Below are positions 1-12,361 of a stretch of 64,000 nucleotides of DNA, piece by piece. The notes below the pieces were generated by a model, which ran no database searches, was not told the origin of the DNA, and was given only the letters and a program-made list of their open reading frames with translations. The position numbers and the translations under genes are program-made. Positions within the stretch are counted from its first letter, which is position 1. Each line of letters starts with the position of its first letter. This stretch comes from Octopus vulgaris (lineage: Eukaryota), in NCBI GenBank assembly GCA_951406725.2, contig OX597822.1, positions 53,072,001 through 53,136,000 of the forward strand, in the 5' to 3' direction.

Positions 1-90
1 CAAGGTCAATGTTACCAAGCGACTTCACTCTGCGTGCTTTAACTTCGTTACTATAGCAACAATCTGGATACTTATTGATCAGACAATGTA

Positions 91-282
91 TACAGATTCC
101 TTCAAGAAATCCCGGATAAACCCCCTACACCCGGATATGTCTCTGTAAACAATAACTCTCTACTTAGTGGGCCATAGTGCCCAAATTCTGACTTGAAAGA
201 CTTCACCAGGTGGTGCTATTAAGTTAGACATGGCCTGGGCCAATAATGGCCGAAACCTATCAAAGTATCAAAGTATCAAAGT
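91..282 (+). mobile_element. CR1-clade LINE 3' end with (ATCAAAGT)3 tail
   Basis: Translates YRFLQEIPDKPPTPGYVSVNNNSLL, homologous to the C-terminus of the LINE at 47875-48690; tandem 8-mer tail at 259-282. Confidence 0.7.
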
Positions 283-283
283 A

Positions 284-346
<63 letters not shown>

Positions 347-962
347 ATATATAACAGAATGTGTCTGTGGTGGGGTGTCTGCATATGTGCATCACTAAAA
401 CTAAAGAACTACCGAACTGATTTCATTCAAATTTTACACATGCCATACTTAGGGTCCATGCAGTGGCATGGGCCAAAACAATTTTCCACTTCTTGCCTAA
501 TGCGAGCCCGGAGCAATCTCTTATCTTATACGCCATTTCAGTATTACGGGTCAAAAGTGAAACAATAACATGTCTATAATAATGTGAGATAATACTTCCA
601 GTTAATGCTTTCACTACTATATTACATACAGAACTGTGAATGTGGTCCGAAGAGACAAAGTAAAGTATATCATTTGACAGAAAGAAATATATATTAGAGT
701 TCCTATAAATCTAATCTCTTACCGTACCATTCTCATGATAAGTCGTTTTGTACACGTTGGCATCGGTTTTTTGATATCTACATTTCACCAAAAATTTGGC
801 AGTATTCATGCAAGAACACAATCTGAAAGATTAAGTTTAAATAAGTTTAAAATTCAATTTATTAAATATGAAAAGGGACCGAAATTTGAAATTACAATAA
901 TAAAAAATAATCGTAGAGGATTGATAGGAAATAAAACTAGAATAATACCGGGAACGATATAG
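347..962 (+). mobile_element. Probable non-autonomous Helitron remnant
   Basis: TATATATAA..TGTCTGT..AACTACCGAACTGATTTCATTCAAATTTT 5' pattern and degenerate CCGGG..TAG 3' end. Confidence 0.4.
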
Positions 963-1407
963 ACAAGAACTTGAAGTACCTCCATATAGAAACTCACATG
1001 CATATCAAAATATATGCATACACACATATACATATAAACAAACACGGGTAAACACGATACACATACAGGTAAAATTAACAGACTCATATGCATGTATACA
1101 TATGTGTGCGTGCGTGTATATGTGTATGTAAGTGTATGTATATATCCCTACACGTACATACATATAAACACATATACACATACCCACATAAATGAAATAA
1201 ACTCGTACGAAGCTGCATTGAATACAATATATGCATGCACGATAATATCTAATACGTTTGTGTACATTCGAACATGGACAGACCTATCGCTCTATGTATG
1301 TATGTATGTATGTATGTATGTATGTATGTATGTATGTATGTATGTATGTATGTATGTATGTATGTATGTATGTATGCATGTATGTATATATGTATATATA
1401 TATATAT

Positions 1408-1796
1408 AGATTCAGATGAATATGGTACTTAAGTTGAGTCCATACAATTTCAAAATAAGATGATAAAAATCAAAATAAGCAACAGGGATATCCAGAGGTA
1501 ATGTAGTACGAACGTTTCAAGCAATTTCATTTAATTAAACAATGCAATCATTTCATCGATTTAAATGCAGAGCAATCCTAAGCTGCATAAAGACATAGAA
1601 TTTAATAAAATTAAAACAGATGGATACATTAGTATAATTTTACCTAAAATCTTCAAGAAGGTAAGAACATGCTGTCTTCACTTCAGCTTAGACTTGATGA
1701 AATGATTGCATGATTGCATTGTTCAGTTAAATGTAGTTGCTTGAAACGAACGTACTGCATTACCTCTGGATATCCTTGTTGCTTATTTTGATGTTA
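1408..1796. mobile_element. Penelope-like inverted insertion with decayed hammerhead
   Basis: Inverted arms ~1466-1557 and ~1696-1796 between microsatellites; minus strand AUGCAG CUUAGGA..GAAAC GUUC GUA CUACAU (1588-1501). Confidence 0.55.
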
Positions 1797-2392
1797 TATA
1801 TATGAATGCATATGCATGCACATAAATACGGATGTGCTTGGATATGCGTGTTAGTTGTCTTGAGATCACATGACAGTTGTAAACGACTTTCGCCGTCACA
1901 TAAGCTGTATTGTTTCAAATTCTCCATGGAAACATTATTCAGGCATTGGGGAAATATTTTCTTACCCAGAAACAGAGAGGTTAGAAAAATTTGTGTCCAC
2001 GAATTCTGTCATACCCATTAGAGCATAGAAAAATTAGACATTAAAATGACGATGATATTCGTCATGTGATACATCACAACTGACCAGCCAATATGCTGTC
2101 TTTACCAATATTAAAGCTATTAACTAAAGTTACACACCTAACATAAACTATAAACTTAAGTTGCCTTCTCGTTACCTAATCGCATTAATATTTCTGGTAA
2201 ATTTGTGATTAATAAGATCGCAGTGTTTCTGTTTCAATTGCTTCAGTCATGACAGGAATGATGCTAATATCACAATTTCTAATAAATATTTGGAGGAAAT
2301 GCTTGAGAATTAGATTCGTTGACGTAACACCGGAGGTATGATAGTAGAGCGACAACAGATGTTAAAATAATCACATAAGAAATCAAACTTAC

Positions 2393-2534
2393 TTGGCAGA
2401 TTCATTAAAAACGGCGAAGCTGAAGATTCGAATCTTACAGAAGCGGATACAAAAGTACAGAGAAACGCCTGAACGTACGTTTGTCTTAATTCGATTGGCA
2501 TTCATATCAGTGGGCGATAGACATCCATAAATAC
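2393..2534 (-). CDS. Exon: N-terminal half of second WSC domain
   Basis: ttattttgcatgatag acceptor, gtaagt donor; phase 1 in, 2 out; IYGCLSPTDMNANRIKTNVRSGVSLYFCIRFCKIRIFSFAVFNESA has the WSC GC..CxxxC..FA pattern; same phases as the first WSC exon. Confidence 0.78.
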
Positions 2535-3404
2535 CTATCATGCAAAATAATAAGAAAATTTATCTTCGATTATTTCTCATAATGCCGGTAGATGAGAACC
2601 GAGTGTTACTTAAATACTGTGACAAGATGTCATGTTAAAGCTAATTTAAAATGTTCTGGAACATTTTTAACGAGATAGTTTAATGGTAGCTTAAGATGCC
2701 CAAAATGTTTGTGGGTGAGATTGATGTAGGTGATCAATGTGAAAGTTTTAACAAATCAGCTATAAAGATTACAGCTAAGAATCTTTATACTTTTATTCAA
2801 ATCTCTTGTCCCTTCATATTCCTGAAGTTACAAGCAAGAAAATACCCCCGCCATCAAATTCTAAAACGTGTATGTATCAAGGGAGCATATTTCCCCATTT
2901 CCACAAAATTGCGTATGAACAGTGAAGATCAATGAAATAAGAACACTGACTTAGAACCTGCATCGATATTGATTCTATTTGTCAGACAGAACGTGGCTTT
3001 TAGAATCGTTTTCGAAACAATCATCATCTATTTAATCTCCATGTCTATATTAGTTATATTTACCGAGTAGTTCTAAACCCCATATTTGCAATAGAAATTC
3101 AAAATATAGATTTCCCTTGAAAATCATGATTGATCTCGTAGTCGAGACGCCAGTGAGATCTTCCTTAAGTTACATCATTATTTGTAGCTCGCTTCTACAC
3201 GTAAAACAACTTTTAATGTGAATACTAATATGTGCAGAAGAATTTTTATTAAATTACTTTACCAAACTCTTTTACATGTCTTTTCACACACACATACACA
3301 CACACACACACATTTAAATTTTATCTCATTTTGTGAAGTATATTAATGTTTCTATGTGGAGGATCACTACTCTGTAATGTAGATTTCAAAAGTTTAGCAC
3401 AGGG

Positions 3405-3596
3405 CCAACATGTTCGGGGTATGGGCTACACGATTACATCGATCTCAATGCTCAACTGGTACTTATTTTATCGACTCCGGAATGATGAAAGGCAAAGTCG
3501 ATCTCGCGGTGGAATTTGAACAACTCAGAACATAAAAACGCACGGAATGTCATAAAGTATTTTGTCCGGCGTGCTTAAGATTCTATCAGCTCACCA
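3405..3596 (-). mobile_element. Degenerate tRNA-derived SINE (Nin/Deu-type core)
   Basis: AACTGGTACTTATTTTATCGAC..GATGAAAGGCAAAGTCGA core shared with 8216-8633. Confidence 0.7.
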
Positions 3597-3834
3597 TATT
3601 ACTGCTCCGGTATATTAACGTCAATTGGACATCGGGCTAAATACATAGTATAAGATAGGTTTCTTCGAAACGTTCTCGTCAATGGTTACATATTTCACTT
3701 GATATACATCGAAAAACATTTAGATATAGACAATGCTATTTGCAGAGTTCCCTTTTTGTGCTTAGTTCAAATTTTTCTGGATTCTGTTTTGTCTTTTGAT
3801 GATCTGGGGCTGATATAATCAGTATTCGTCCAAA

Positions 3835-5362
3835 AGGTTAGGAGCAAAAATAGTTAAATAACGTTTCAGGAGTCAGCTCATGTCGACAGATATTGTTCGT
3901 CATCTTCCTTTGATCCAATCAAAACCGTCATCAACTTGCTTTAAAAGCAGATAGTAATTTTACCTTGTCCTTATTCTTAGAGCAATTTTTGAAAAGTGCA
4001 GCTCGATATAGCATTGCGGAATCTTTGCAAGTAGCTTGATAATTTAAAGTTTGCAATATTTAACATTTTGGGTACCTTACGACCAGACTGTCGATTTATA
4101 GGCATTATCGAAAAATCTATTTTTCCACGCACTAGATGATGGTCAGTCCCCCTCTCTGCCCCTCTCATGATCCGAACGCTAGAAACGTCTTTCATTTCAC
4201 GTTTCCTGATCAGAATATAATCTATGAGATGTCAGTGCTTAGATCTTGGGTGCATCCAGGTGGTTTTATATGTTTTTCTGCTTAAACTGAGTATTGGTGA
4301 CAACCAGATTATTCTCAGTACAAAACGTCAAAAGAGCTACTCCATTTTTATTGCATTTTCCAATCCCATGTCGACCTAAAACAGGCCATGAAACATAGTG
4401 TTTCCCAACTCTTGCATTGAAATCTCCCAATATGATCAGCTTGTCAGAAATTGGTACTTTCCTCAATAATCGTGCTAGATTGTCATAAGACTGTCCTACA
4501 TTTTCATCAGAATGGGATATTTTTGGCGCATAAATACTGATAACGGTAAGAAACCTAGCTTTTGTCAGTTTAATACGGCATGACATGATCCGTTTAGATG
4601 TCCCACTTGGAAGCTCTGCAATGGAGGATACTAATGTATTCTTGAGAGCAAACCCAACACCAGATTCTCTACGCTGACCTTTAGGTAGGCCTCTCTAAAA
4701 GATAGTATATCCATAAGTAGATTCATTTACTTGACCCTCACCAGAGAGACGAGTTTCAGAGAGCGTAACAATATCAAAGGAATATTTCTTGAGCTCACAT
4801 GCAATAAGTGCAGTACGCCTTTCAGGCCTCTTGTTGAAATTATCATCAAGAAGTGTGCGCACATTCCAACCACTAAAATTCAAAGGATGTTTATTTTTAC
4901 TTTTTCTTGAAGATTGTTCGACCACAGTGGCAGGATGACGACCGGGTCCAGTCTGTGATACACTGGGACATCTGCCGAGCCAGACCTGCTCTCCTGACTT
5001 TCCCAAGCATTTTTTGCCATTTACTGAATCTGTTTGAAACATTTTGGAGTAAGTTTCAAGTGCATTTTTAGGATTCTGCCAACCAACCAATTCAATGATT
5101 TTACTAAAACTTAGTGTACAGGAAATATCTGTGCAGATGAATAATTTTCAGTGGGTGTAGCTTGCACTGCACTATCCCTCACCTATTGGCCCAAGAAGAG
5201 TTTCGCCGGTGTGACATGGAAATTGACACACCGGGAACTTCCAAGCCCCCAGGTTTTATTTCGGAGACTTCCTTCTCCTAGGTAGATTACCAACCAAGTT
5301 TAAAGAGCTTCTACCTGTCCACGAGGTAAGCTATCCCATTCCAGACACCACACCGACACTCA
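3835..5362 (-). mobile_element. RTE LINE 5' part (5'UTR plus APE endonuclease), disrupted
   Basis: WNVRTL..RRTALIA..DIVTLSETR, ISIYAP, LGDFNARVG, TDHHLV motifs across ORFs 4695-5090, 4266-4586 and 3977-4195. Confidence 0.9.
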
Positions 5363-5648
5363 GACACTCTGTAAAGTGATCAAATATTACTCCGGTGACC
5401 GACGCGGAGTAGCTCATTCATAATAAAGAAAGGTACGATATGTGATTTGCAAATGTAAATAAAAAGTATATATAAATATAAAAAAGTAAAAGGTATGCAA
5501 TATATATAAATATATATATAAAAGTAAAAATATACATATATACATATACATGTAAAAAAAATTAAAACGGTATGATGTGTGAATAACAATTACATATAAA
5601 TAATATTGCATAAAGAAAAGTAAACGATATGCAATTAAAAGATATAAC

Positions 5649-5712
<64 letters not shown>

Positions 5713-6031
5713 TATAATACTATATATATAAACTATATGATATTGACAAATATTTAGGCATAAAAGAGGAACAAATCAATAAAGTTTGTCTGCTAAATTA
5801 TATATAAAAAATATCTTATTATGTGTATGTATATAGACTGACGGATACATATATACATACATACATGCATACATAGATACATACATAAATGCAGATAGAC
5901 AGACATACAGACGCACAGACAGACAGACACAGTGAAAGACGTACATATGGTCAGACACTCAGCCAAGCAGACAGACAAACAGATAGGTAGACATACATAT
6001 ATGCATATATATATAGGAATATATACATTGG

Positions 6032-6104
6032 GGTTCCATGGTGTAGTGGTTATCACATCTGCTTAACACGCAGAAGGTCGTGAGTTCGAAACTCGCTTGA
6101 ACCT
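6032..6104 (+). tRNA. trnV: tRNA-Val(AAC)-like gene or SINE head
   Basis: Cloverleaf: acceptor GGTTCCA/TTGAACC (one mismatch), anticodon stem TCTGC/GCAGA with AAC at 6065-6067, T arm GTGAG-TTCGAAA-CTCGC; TTTTT at 6115-6119. Confidence 0.75.
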
Positions 6105-6123
6105 TAGGTAAACATTTTTAAAT

Positions 6124-6190
6124 GGCGGTGCCCCAGGATGGCCACAGCTCATTGGCTGAAACTGGAAAAATCAAAAAATCATAGAATCAT
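6124..6190 (+). mobile_element. LINE/SINE-type 3' tail adjoining tRNA-Val
   Basis: GGCGGTGCCCCAGGATGGCCACAGC..GCTGAAAC resembles SINE tails (10641-10700) and the CR1 3' end (42108-42165). Confidence 0.65.
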
Positions 6191-6337
6191 ATATGCATGT
6201 ATGTATGTGTATGGGAGTAAAGATATACTTTACACACTCACACACGCGCGCGCACACACACAGACACATACATACACACACTTACAAATAAACCATAAAT
6301 AGCAAACAAAAAAACCAAAAAAAAAAAACAAACTTAC

Positions 6338-6430
6338 TATACGTTTGACAAGCTGGATGGTGAATTGCCTCCCATTCTTTATTAGCACCATGATTCTCAT
6401 TGGAAATACAACGTTTACCAAAATTCAACA
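6338..6430 (-). CDS. Exon: Sushi/CCP-like C-terminal half
   Basis: taatttcag / gtaagt; phase 1-1; LNFGKRCISNENHGANKEWEAIHHPACQTY with C..W..PxC. Confidence 0.62.
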
Positions 6431-6964
6431 CTGAAATTAATTTAATGTTTTCTATGATTACTTTTACGTACGACAACCGGATACAAGCAAGCGGTGAATA
6501 TTGATTTATTCATTGGGAATATGAATGTAATTATTGACAATTTCCCAAAGGACCGAACACAAACTGGGATACATTTCTATAATACCGGTTTTCTGCTTTC
6601 TCACCCGCGTTTTCCGCTTTTTCTGAAATTTTTGCAGGTCTATGAAAGAACATTCCTGTATGTACAGAAGCATGCACACATATGTTCATAAACACACACA
6701 CATACACACACACATGTATACATAAATACATTTATATATACGTCCATACCTATGTATACACACAGATACATGCATACATACACACATTCGTATATATACC
6801 AGCAGATCATTGCCGAAATATTATGATACACCGTATCAGTATTATTTCAACCTGCAAACAGGCTGTCTAAAAAAAAGCTATGAGTGTGTATGTATGTATG
6901 TATGTATGTATGTATGTATGTATGTATGTATGTATGTATGTATGTATGTATGTATGTATGCATG

Positions 6965-7036
<72 letters not shown>

Positions 7037-7041
<5 letters not shown>

Positions 7042-7325
7042 GGGACAAGAACGCAAAACATCCGAACAATTAGGTGATGCAAAAAGGGACAACAAAACAT
7101 CCAGATAGACGATACAAATAAACAAGGACGGGACATACAAAGATTTCTATCCTCAGTCAAGAACCAGATCCTCCTCGCAATTTCGGATGATTAATCTTGA
7201 GATTGCTCCAATCTGGTCAGCCCCAAGGAAAAACTAAGCTAAGAGCATTAGATTCCTTGGAAGAAAGCATCGATTGTATACGAAAACAAGGACAGAAAAA
7301 CAGACGATGTTACACAAATATAAAT

Positions 7326-7330
<5 letters not shown>
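7037..7330 (-). mobile_element. Repeat family Z-a in (TA)n, Penelope-like
   Basis: Homologous to 30715-31050; flanked by (TA)n on both sides. Confidence 0.6.
7142..7217 (-). ncRNA. Candidate order-scrambled hammerhead ribozyme, core intact
   Basis: ACCAGAU UGGA GCAAU C UCAAGA UUAAUCAUCC GAA AUUGC GAGGAGG AUCUGGU UCUUGA CUGAGGA. Confidence 0.55.
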
Positions 7331-7419
<89 letters not shown>

Positions 7420-7676
7420 ACATGGAGATGAAACGTCCTTGCTGAGCCACAGGATCATAAGGCTGGTTTTCCTGAAATTAATAGCGTATATATTTCCATC
7501 TGAGCGGTCCAGTGAAGAATTACTCATTACTCCTGCGTCTATAAATTATGATTACATCATCGGAATATGATGTGAAAAATTAGACTTGTACACATACATA
7601 CTGATATACACCACAATATATTTCAAAATTGTTGTAAATACATGTGATGTATGTCTATGTATACGTGCGAGCTCAC

Positions 7677-7729
7677 CATTTTTATTTCTCTTTCGTGTTA
7701 AATTCTGATATAATCGTAATCTACACCCA
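7677..7729 (-). CDS. Candidate linker exon of WSC gene
   Basis: gcctttcag / gtgagc; phase 2 in, 1 out; GCRLRLYQNLTRKRNKN; phase fits the next exon. Confidence 0.48.
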
Positions 7730-8215
7730 CTGAAAGGCATTTGAAGATTTCATAAAAAACATCTATTTCCCGAAAGTTATGAGGAAACAAATGCTACCCT
7801 GTGGATTTTCCGAAACTTTCTCCTTACACAAGAAAAATGATTCACCACAAATTTCGACATAATCGGAATCTTCACCATCGGAAGCGTATTCGTAGAAAAT
7901 TTCTTTATAAATTATCCTTTTTTCTGGAAGTTATGAGACAACAGAATCGATAGGAGGGTGGGGTATATATGTGTGTAGGTATCCCAAGCAATGAAATATT
8001 AATTCTTAGTAGAACGCTGGCAAAACATGCGCCAGATGAAAGTGTAAAATTTAAAGAACCTATAAGATAAAAATATCGCAAAACAATTTGTTAACAGAAC
8101 GTGCATTTAATATCTAAAAGTAAACAATTTATGAGAGCGATTACTGGATATCATTGCGCATGCGTTAACGCAAGTCCATAATACACATGCATTTATATCG
8201 AAGATATGACTCATT

Positions 8216-8633
8216 ATTTCTTTACTGCCCACAAGGGGCTATACACAGAGGGGACAAACAAGGACAGGAAAACGGATTAACTCGATTATATCGACACCAG
8301 TGTGTAACTGGTACTTATTTAATCGACCCCGAAAGGATGAAAGGCAAAGTCGACCTCGGCGGAATTTGAACTCAGAACGTAGCGGCAGACGAAATACCTA
8401 TTTCTTTACTACCCACAAGGGGCTATACACAGAGGGGACAAACAAGGACAGGCAAACGGATTAACTCGATTATATCGACCCCAGTGCGTAACTGGTACTT
8501 ATTTAATCGACCCCGAAAGGATGAAAGGCAAAGTCGACCTCGGCTGAATTTGAACTCAGAACGTAGCGGCAGACGAAATACGGCTACGCATTTCGCCCGG
8601 CGTGCTAACGCTTCTGCCAGCTCGCCGCCTTAA
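8216..8633 (-). mobile_element. SINE (Nin/Deu-type core) with tandemly duplicated 3' part
   Basis: Head AAGGCGGCGAGCTGGCAGAA near 8630; ~184-bp unit repeated at 8216-8399 and 8400-8580. Confidence 0.85.
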
Positions 8634-8794
8634 CATTTGCTCAAGGTGCCACGCAACAAGATTGAACTCGGAATCATGCAGTCGGGAAGCAATTGTTTTA
8701 CAACACAGCCACTCCATACTTCATAATTTGTGTTTTATTTCCAGTAACGTTGATTTCTATCATAGGGGCGATTCCACTATCTCAAGTAATAATG

Positions 8795-9008
8795 GTTTCC
8801 AATTTTTGGCACAAGCCAGCAATTTCGAGAGAGGGCGTAAGACAAGTATATCAACCCCAGGACTCAACTGGTACTTATTTCATCGATTGCGATAGTGCGA
8901 AAGGCAAATTCTACCTCGGTGGAATTTGAACTTAAAGCGTAAAGACGGACGAAATGCCGCTAAGCAATTTTGTCCAGTGCAGTAACGATTCTGCTAGCCC
9001 GCCACCTT
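8795..9008 (-). mobile_element. SINE (Nin/Deu-type core)
   Basis: Same head and core as 8216-8633. Confidence 0.75.
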
Positions 9009-9432
9009 ACAATATTCTATGATATTAACATCTATGTATTTCTGTACAAAAATGCCATATTGTAATATAATATCTGAAGCATTATCAGTTAAACTTCATG
9101 AAATATATTGTTTATCGGATGCATAATAAGACATGAAGAGAATCGTCCATGTTTCATTGGAAAGAAACAATCCTACTTCTGATAAATTCTTCGAAGGAAA
9201 TGTCTGGTCGTAGATACTGGATTCAAATAAGTAAAATTAAAGACGTATTTCTCATTTCTCATTGTGCAAACTTAAAAGTGTCGGTGAGGAAAGAACATTT
9301 CTTCCTAATGATAAATAATTAGATATAGCATATTCTAGATATTCAATAAGGCGGCTGATTGTCTCAGATATCGGCAATACAGTATTTCAAGAGCTCCGAA
9401 AATGTTTTCTCTGACAGCTATATAGATTTGCA

Positions 9433-9463
<31 letters not shown>

Positions 9464-9813
9464 GGACAAGCATACACACACGACCAAGCGTACACATTAT
9501 GCGCTCGCACAAACATTTACATCTACACATTCAAACATATGTATATATATATTATTATGCATGTATTTTATATGTTTGTATACAAGTACGTGTATGTGTG
9601 TGCGCGCTTGTGTAGGCTTCACGTAAGCGTCTATAATCAAATATACGTATGCGATGGTAGGAAAAATGTATGGAAACACAGAGAAACAAAAATAAGCACT
9701 TACACATTTATACACTCATACAGTCATCAATTGAATACTGACATAGATAAATGTAATCACACGAGGGCCGTTGGCAATTTTCCCTCTTTTTCTTTGGACT
9801 GCTTCTTTTCTCC

Positions 9814-9846
9814 TTTCCGACGAAGATTTATGCTCGAAACCTTAAA
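9814..9846 (+). ncRNA. Decayed minimal hammerhead in Penelope-like 3' fragment
   Basis: UUU CCGACGA AGAUUUAUGCUC GAAAC CUU AAA; same family as 47721-47753. Confidence 0.45.
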
Positions 9847-10019
9847 AACTCTCTCTTTCACCGAGCGTCAAACTAATATAATTCTTGTGCACGTCCTCAC
9901 ATTGGTTTTTAAATATTTTTTTCTCTTTTCGTTATTAATTCGTATTTTGAATTGTTCGTTCAACAAACGGAAAATATGACATACCTGCATCTATGTATAC
10001 ATAATTTTACAAATACTTG

Positions 10020-10296
10020 TAGTAAATAAACATACGAACATATGTTGTACATACGCAGACGAACAGAAAACGCAAAATATCACCAACTCCTCTTCCGTTA
10101 TCGGCCAGAGGGACAAGCGCAATTTCGGCCATTATCGATAATATTACACTGTGGAGGCATCAGCAAGAAACATACCAGGAATGAGGCTAAAACATAACAA
10201 AACGAGACGAGACCTTTAGTGGACGGACGAGGGACAAAACAATAAACAGAAGAAAGGTTTAGGGCCACACAAAGACAACAATTAAAATGATAATAG
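10020..10296 (-). mobile_element. Repeat family Z-b (inverted copy of 11604-11885)
   Basis: Reverse-complement match over ~280 bp; scrambled hammerhead motif at 10085-10154. Confidence 0.7.
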
Positions 10297-10300
10297 TCCA

Positions 10301-10705
10301 TAGCCGCAGGAGTGGCTGTGTGGTAAGTAGTTTGCTTACTAACCACATGGTTTCGGGTTCAGTCCCACTGCGTGGCACCTTGGGCAAGTGTCTTTTACTA
10401 TAGACTCGAGCCGACCAAAGCCTTGTGAGTGGATTTGGCATACGGAAACTGAAAGAAGCCCGTCGTATATATGTATATGTGTGTGTGTTTGTGTGTCTGT
10501 GTTTGTCACCCCAACATCGCTTGACAACCGATGCTGGTGTGTTTACGTCCCCCATAACTTAGCGGTTCGGCAAAAGAGACCGATAGAATAATTACTAGGC
10601 TTACAGAGAATAAGTCCTGGGGCCGATTTACTCGACTAAAGGCGGTGCTCTAGCATGGCTGCAGTCAAATGACTGAAACAAGTAAAATAGTAAAAGAGTA
10701 AAAGA
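10301..10705 (+). mobile_element. Major tRNA-derived SINE (family A)
   Basis: GCAGGAGTGGCTGTGTGGTAAG..GTTCAGTCCC head, GCACCTTGGGCAAGTGTC core, GACTGAAACAAGTAAAA tail. Confidence 0.9.
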
Positions 10706-10936
10706 TATACAGCAACCCCCCCCCCCTTAGGATAACACGAGAAGTTGGTCACCTTCTCTGTTTTTTGTTCGACTATGTGTTTAGTATATGTTCGTGTGTG
10801 TGTATATATATATATATAAAAACATTGATGAGAGAGCAAACATCATATTCGAGTCAACGACTTTATATAACACCACGCTTCCATACATTTGATCACCGAT
10901 CTGGTCGTGATTGTCTGAGCTCCTCCCTTCTCTCAG

Positions 10937-10979
<43 letters not shown>

Positions 10980-11207
10980 GCTGTCTGTCTTTCTCTGTTA
11001 TCCTCCTCCCACTATCACGTGATCCCTGACAGCCTAAGGCGGTGTCACTCTTTTTCGCGATGCCTTCGACCGGACCGGCCACGATATTATGAGCTCCATA
11101 CTCCACTCCTCCCGTGTGTATAGTCCTTTAGGACAGTTTCCATTTCTCCTTAGCGTTACCCATTTTTGTCTTGTCTTGCATTCTTAAGTCTTCTTTTTTA
11201 TGGTGTA

Positions 11208-11603
11208 CTAGCAGTATCGCCCGGCGTTGCTTGGGTTTGTAAGGGAAATAACTATATAAGCATTTTTAGAGATGTAAAGTATAATAGCCATCTCAATATG
11301 GCTAACCACAAAGGGGGGGTGTTACTGTAGCTTTTTACGTTCTGAGATTTAATAATAAATTTTTAGAGAGTTACTTCCCTTATATTTGCCAAAAATGCAT
11401 TAAAAATGGGAAAAATTGATGGTATTTTTTTAAAATCGTAGACTCATCGTAGACGCGCGCTAATACCCAGAAGGGCTCGATATGAATCACGACTATAAGA
11501 TACCCGGTTTTGGTTAAACTGCACCGCAAAATGTGGGAGTAGTTAGAAATCTAAATCGTAGGAGAGAGACAGCACACAACCTCACTTTTATATATAAAGA
11601 AGA
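11208..11603 (-). mobile_element. Non-autonomous Helitron
   Basis: Minus strand A|TCTTCTTTATATATAAAAG..CCCAAGCAACGCCGGG CGATACTG CTAG|T: TC start, subterminal hairpin, CTAG end, A^T target. Confidence 0.85.
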
Positions 11604-11885
11604 TATATTATTATCACTTTAATTGTTGTCTTCGCGTGGCCCTAAGCCTTTATTCTGTTCGTTTTGTCCCTCGTCCGTCCACTAACGGTCTTGTTTCGTT
11701 ATGTTTGGGTCCCATTCCCGGTATGTTTCTTGCCGGTGCCTCCAGAGTGGAAGTAATATTATCGATAATGGCCGAAATTGCGCTTGACCATCTGGCCGAT
11801 AACTAAAGAGGGGTTAGTGACTTTCTGTGTTTTCTGTTCGTCTGTGTAATTACTATATGTTCGTATGTTTATTTACTATATGTTT
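11604..11885 (+). mobile_element. Repeat family Z-b
   Basis: Scrambled hammerhead motif at 11742-11817; a third partial copy lies at ~10727-10795. Confidence 0.7.
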
Positions 11886-11907
11886 CTATTTTAAATTTAT
11901 ATATATA

Positions 11908-12310
11908 TAGGAGTGGCTGTGTGGTAAGTAGCCTGCTAACCAACCACATGGCTCCGGGTTCAGTCCCACTGCGTGGTATCTTGGGCAAGTGTCTTCTGCT
12001 ATAGCCCCGGGCCCACCAATGCTTTGTGAGTGGATTTGGTAGACTGAAACTGAAAGAAGCCTGTCGTATATATGTATATATATATGTATGTGCATGTGTG
12101 TTTGTGTGTCTGTGTTTGTCCCCCTAGCATTGCTTGACGACCGATGCTGGTGTGTTTACGTCCCCGTCACTTAGCGGTTCGGCAAAAGAGACCGATAGAA
12201 TAAGTACTGGGCTTACAAAGAATAAGTCCCGGGGTCGATTTGCTCGACTAAAGGCGGTGCTCCAGCATGGCCACAGTCAAATGACTGAAAAACGTAAAAG
12301 AGAAAGAGAA
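11908..12310 (+). mobile_element. SINE family A
   Basis: Near-full match to 10301-10705. Confidence 0.9.
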
Positions 12311-12333
12311 ATATACACACAGGTATGACATAC

Positions 12334-12361
12334 TTTCGATTTGTTGTCTTTTTATTAAATC
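12334..12361 (-). CDS. Candidate 28-nt exon of WSC gene
   Basis: agtttcag / gtatgt; phase 1 in, 2 out; FNKKTTNR; bridges the phases but the acceptor is weak. Confidence 0.28.

Noticed and set aside
9177-9216. Alternative 40-nt phase 1-2 linker exon
   Set aside because: Weak gtagga donor; cannot be ranked without cDNA
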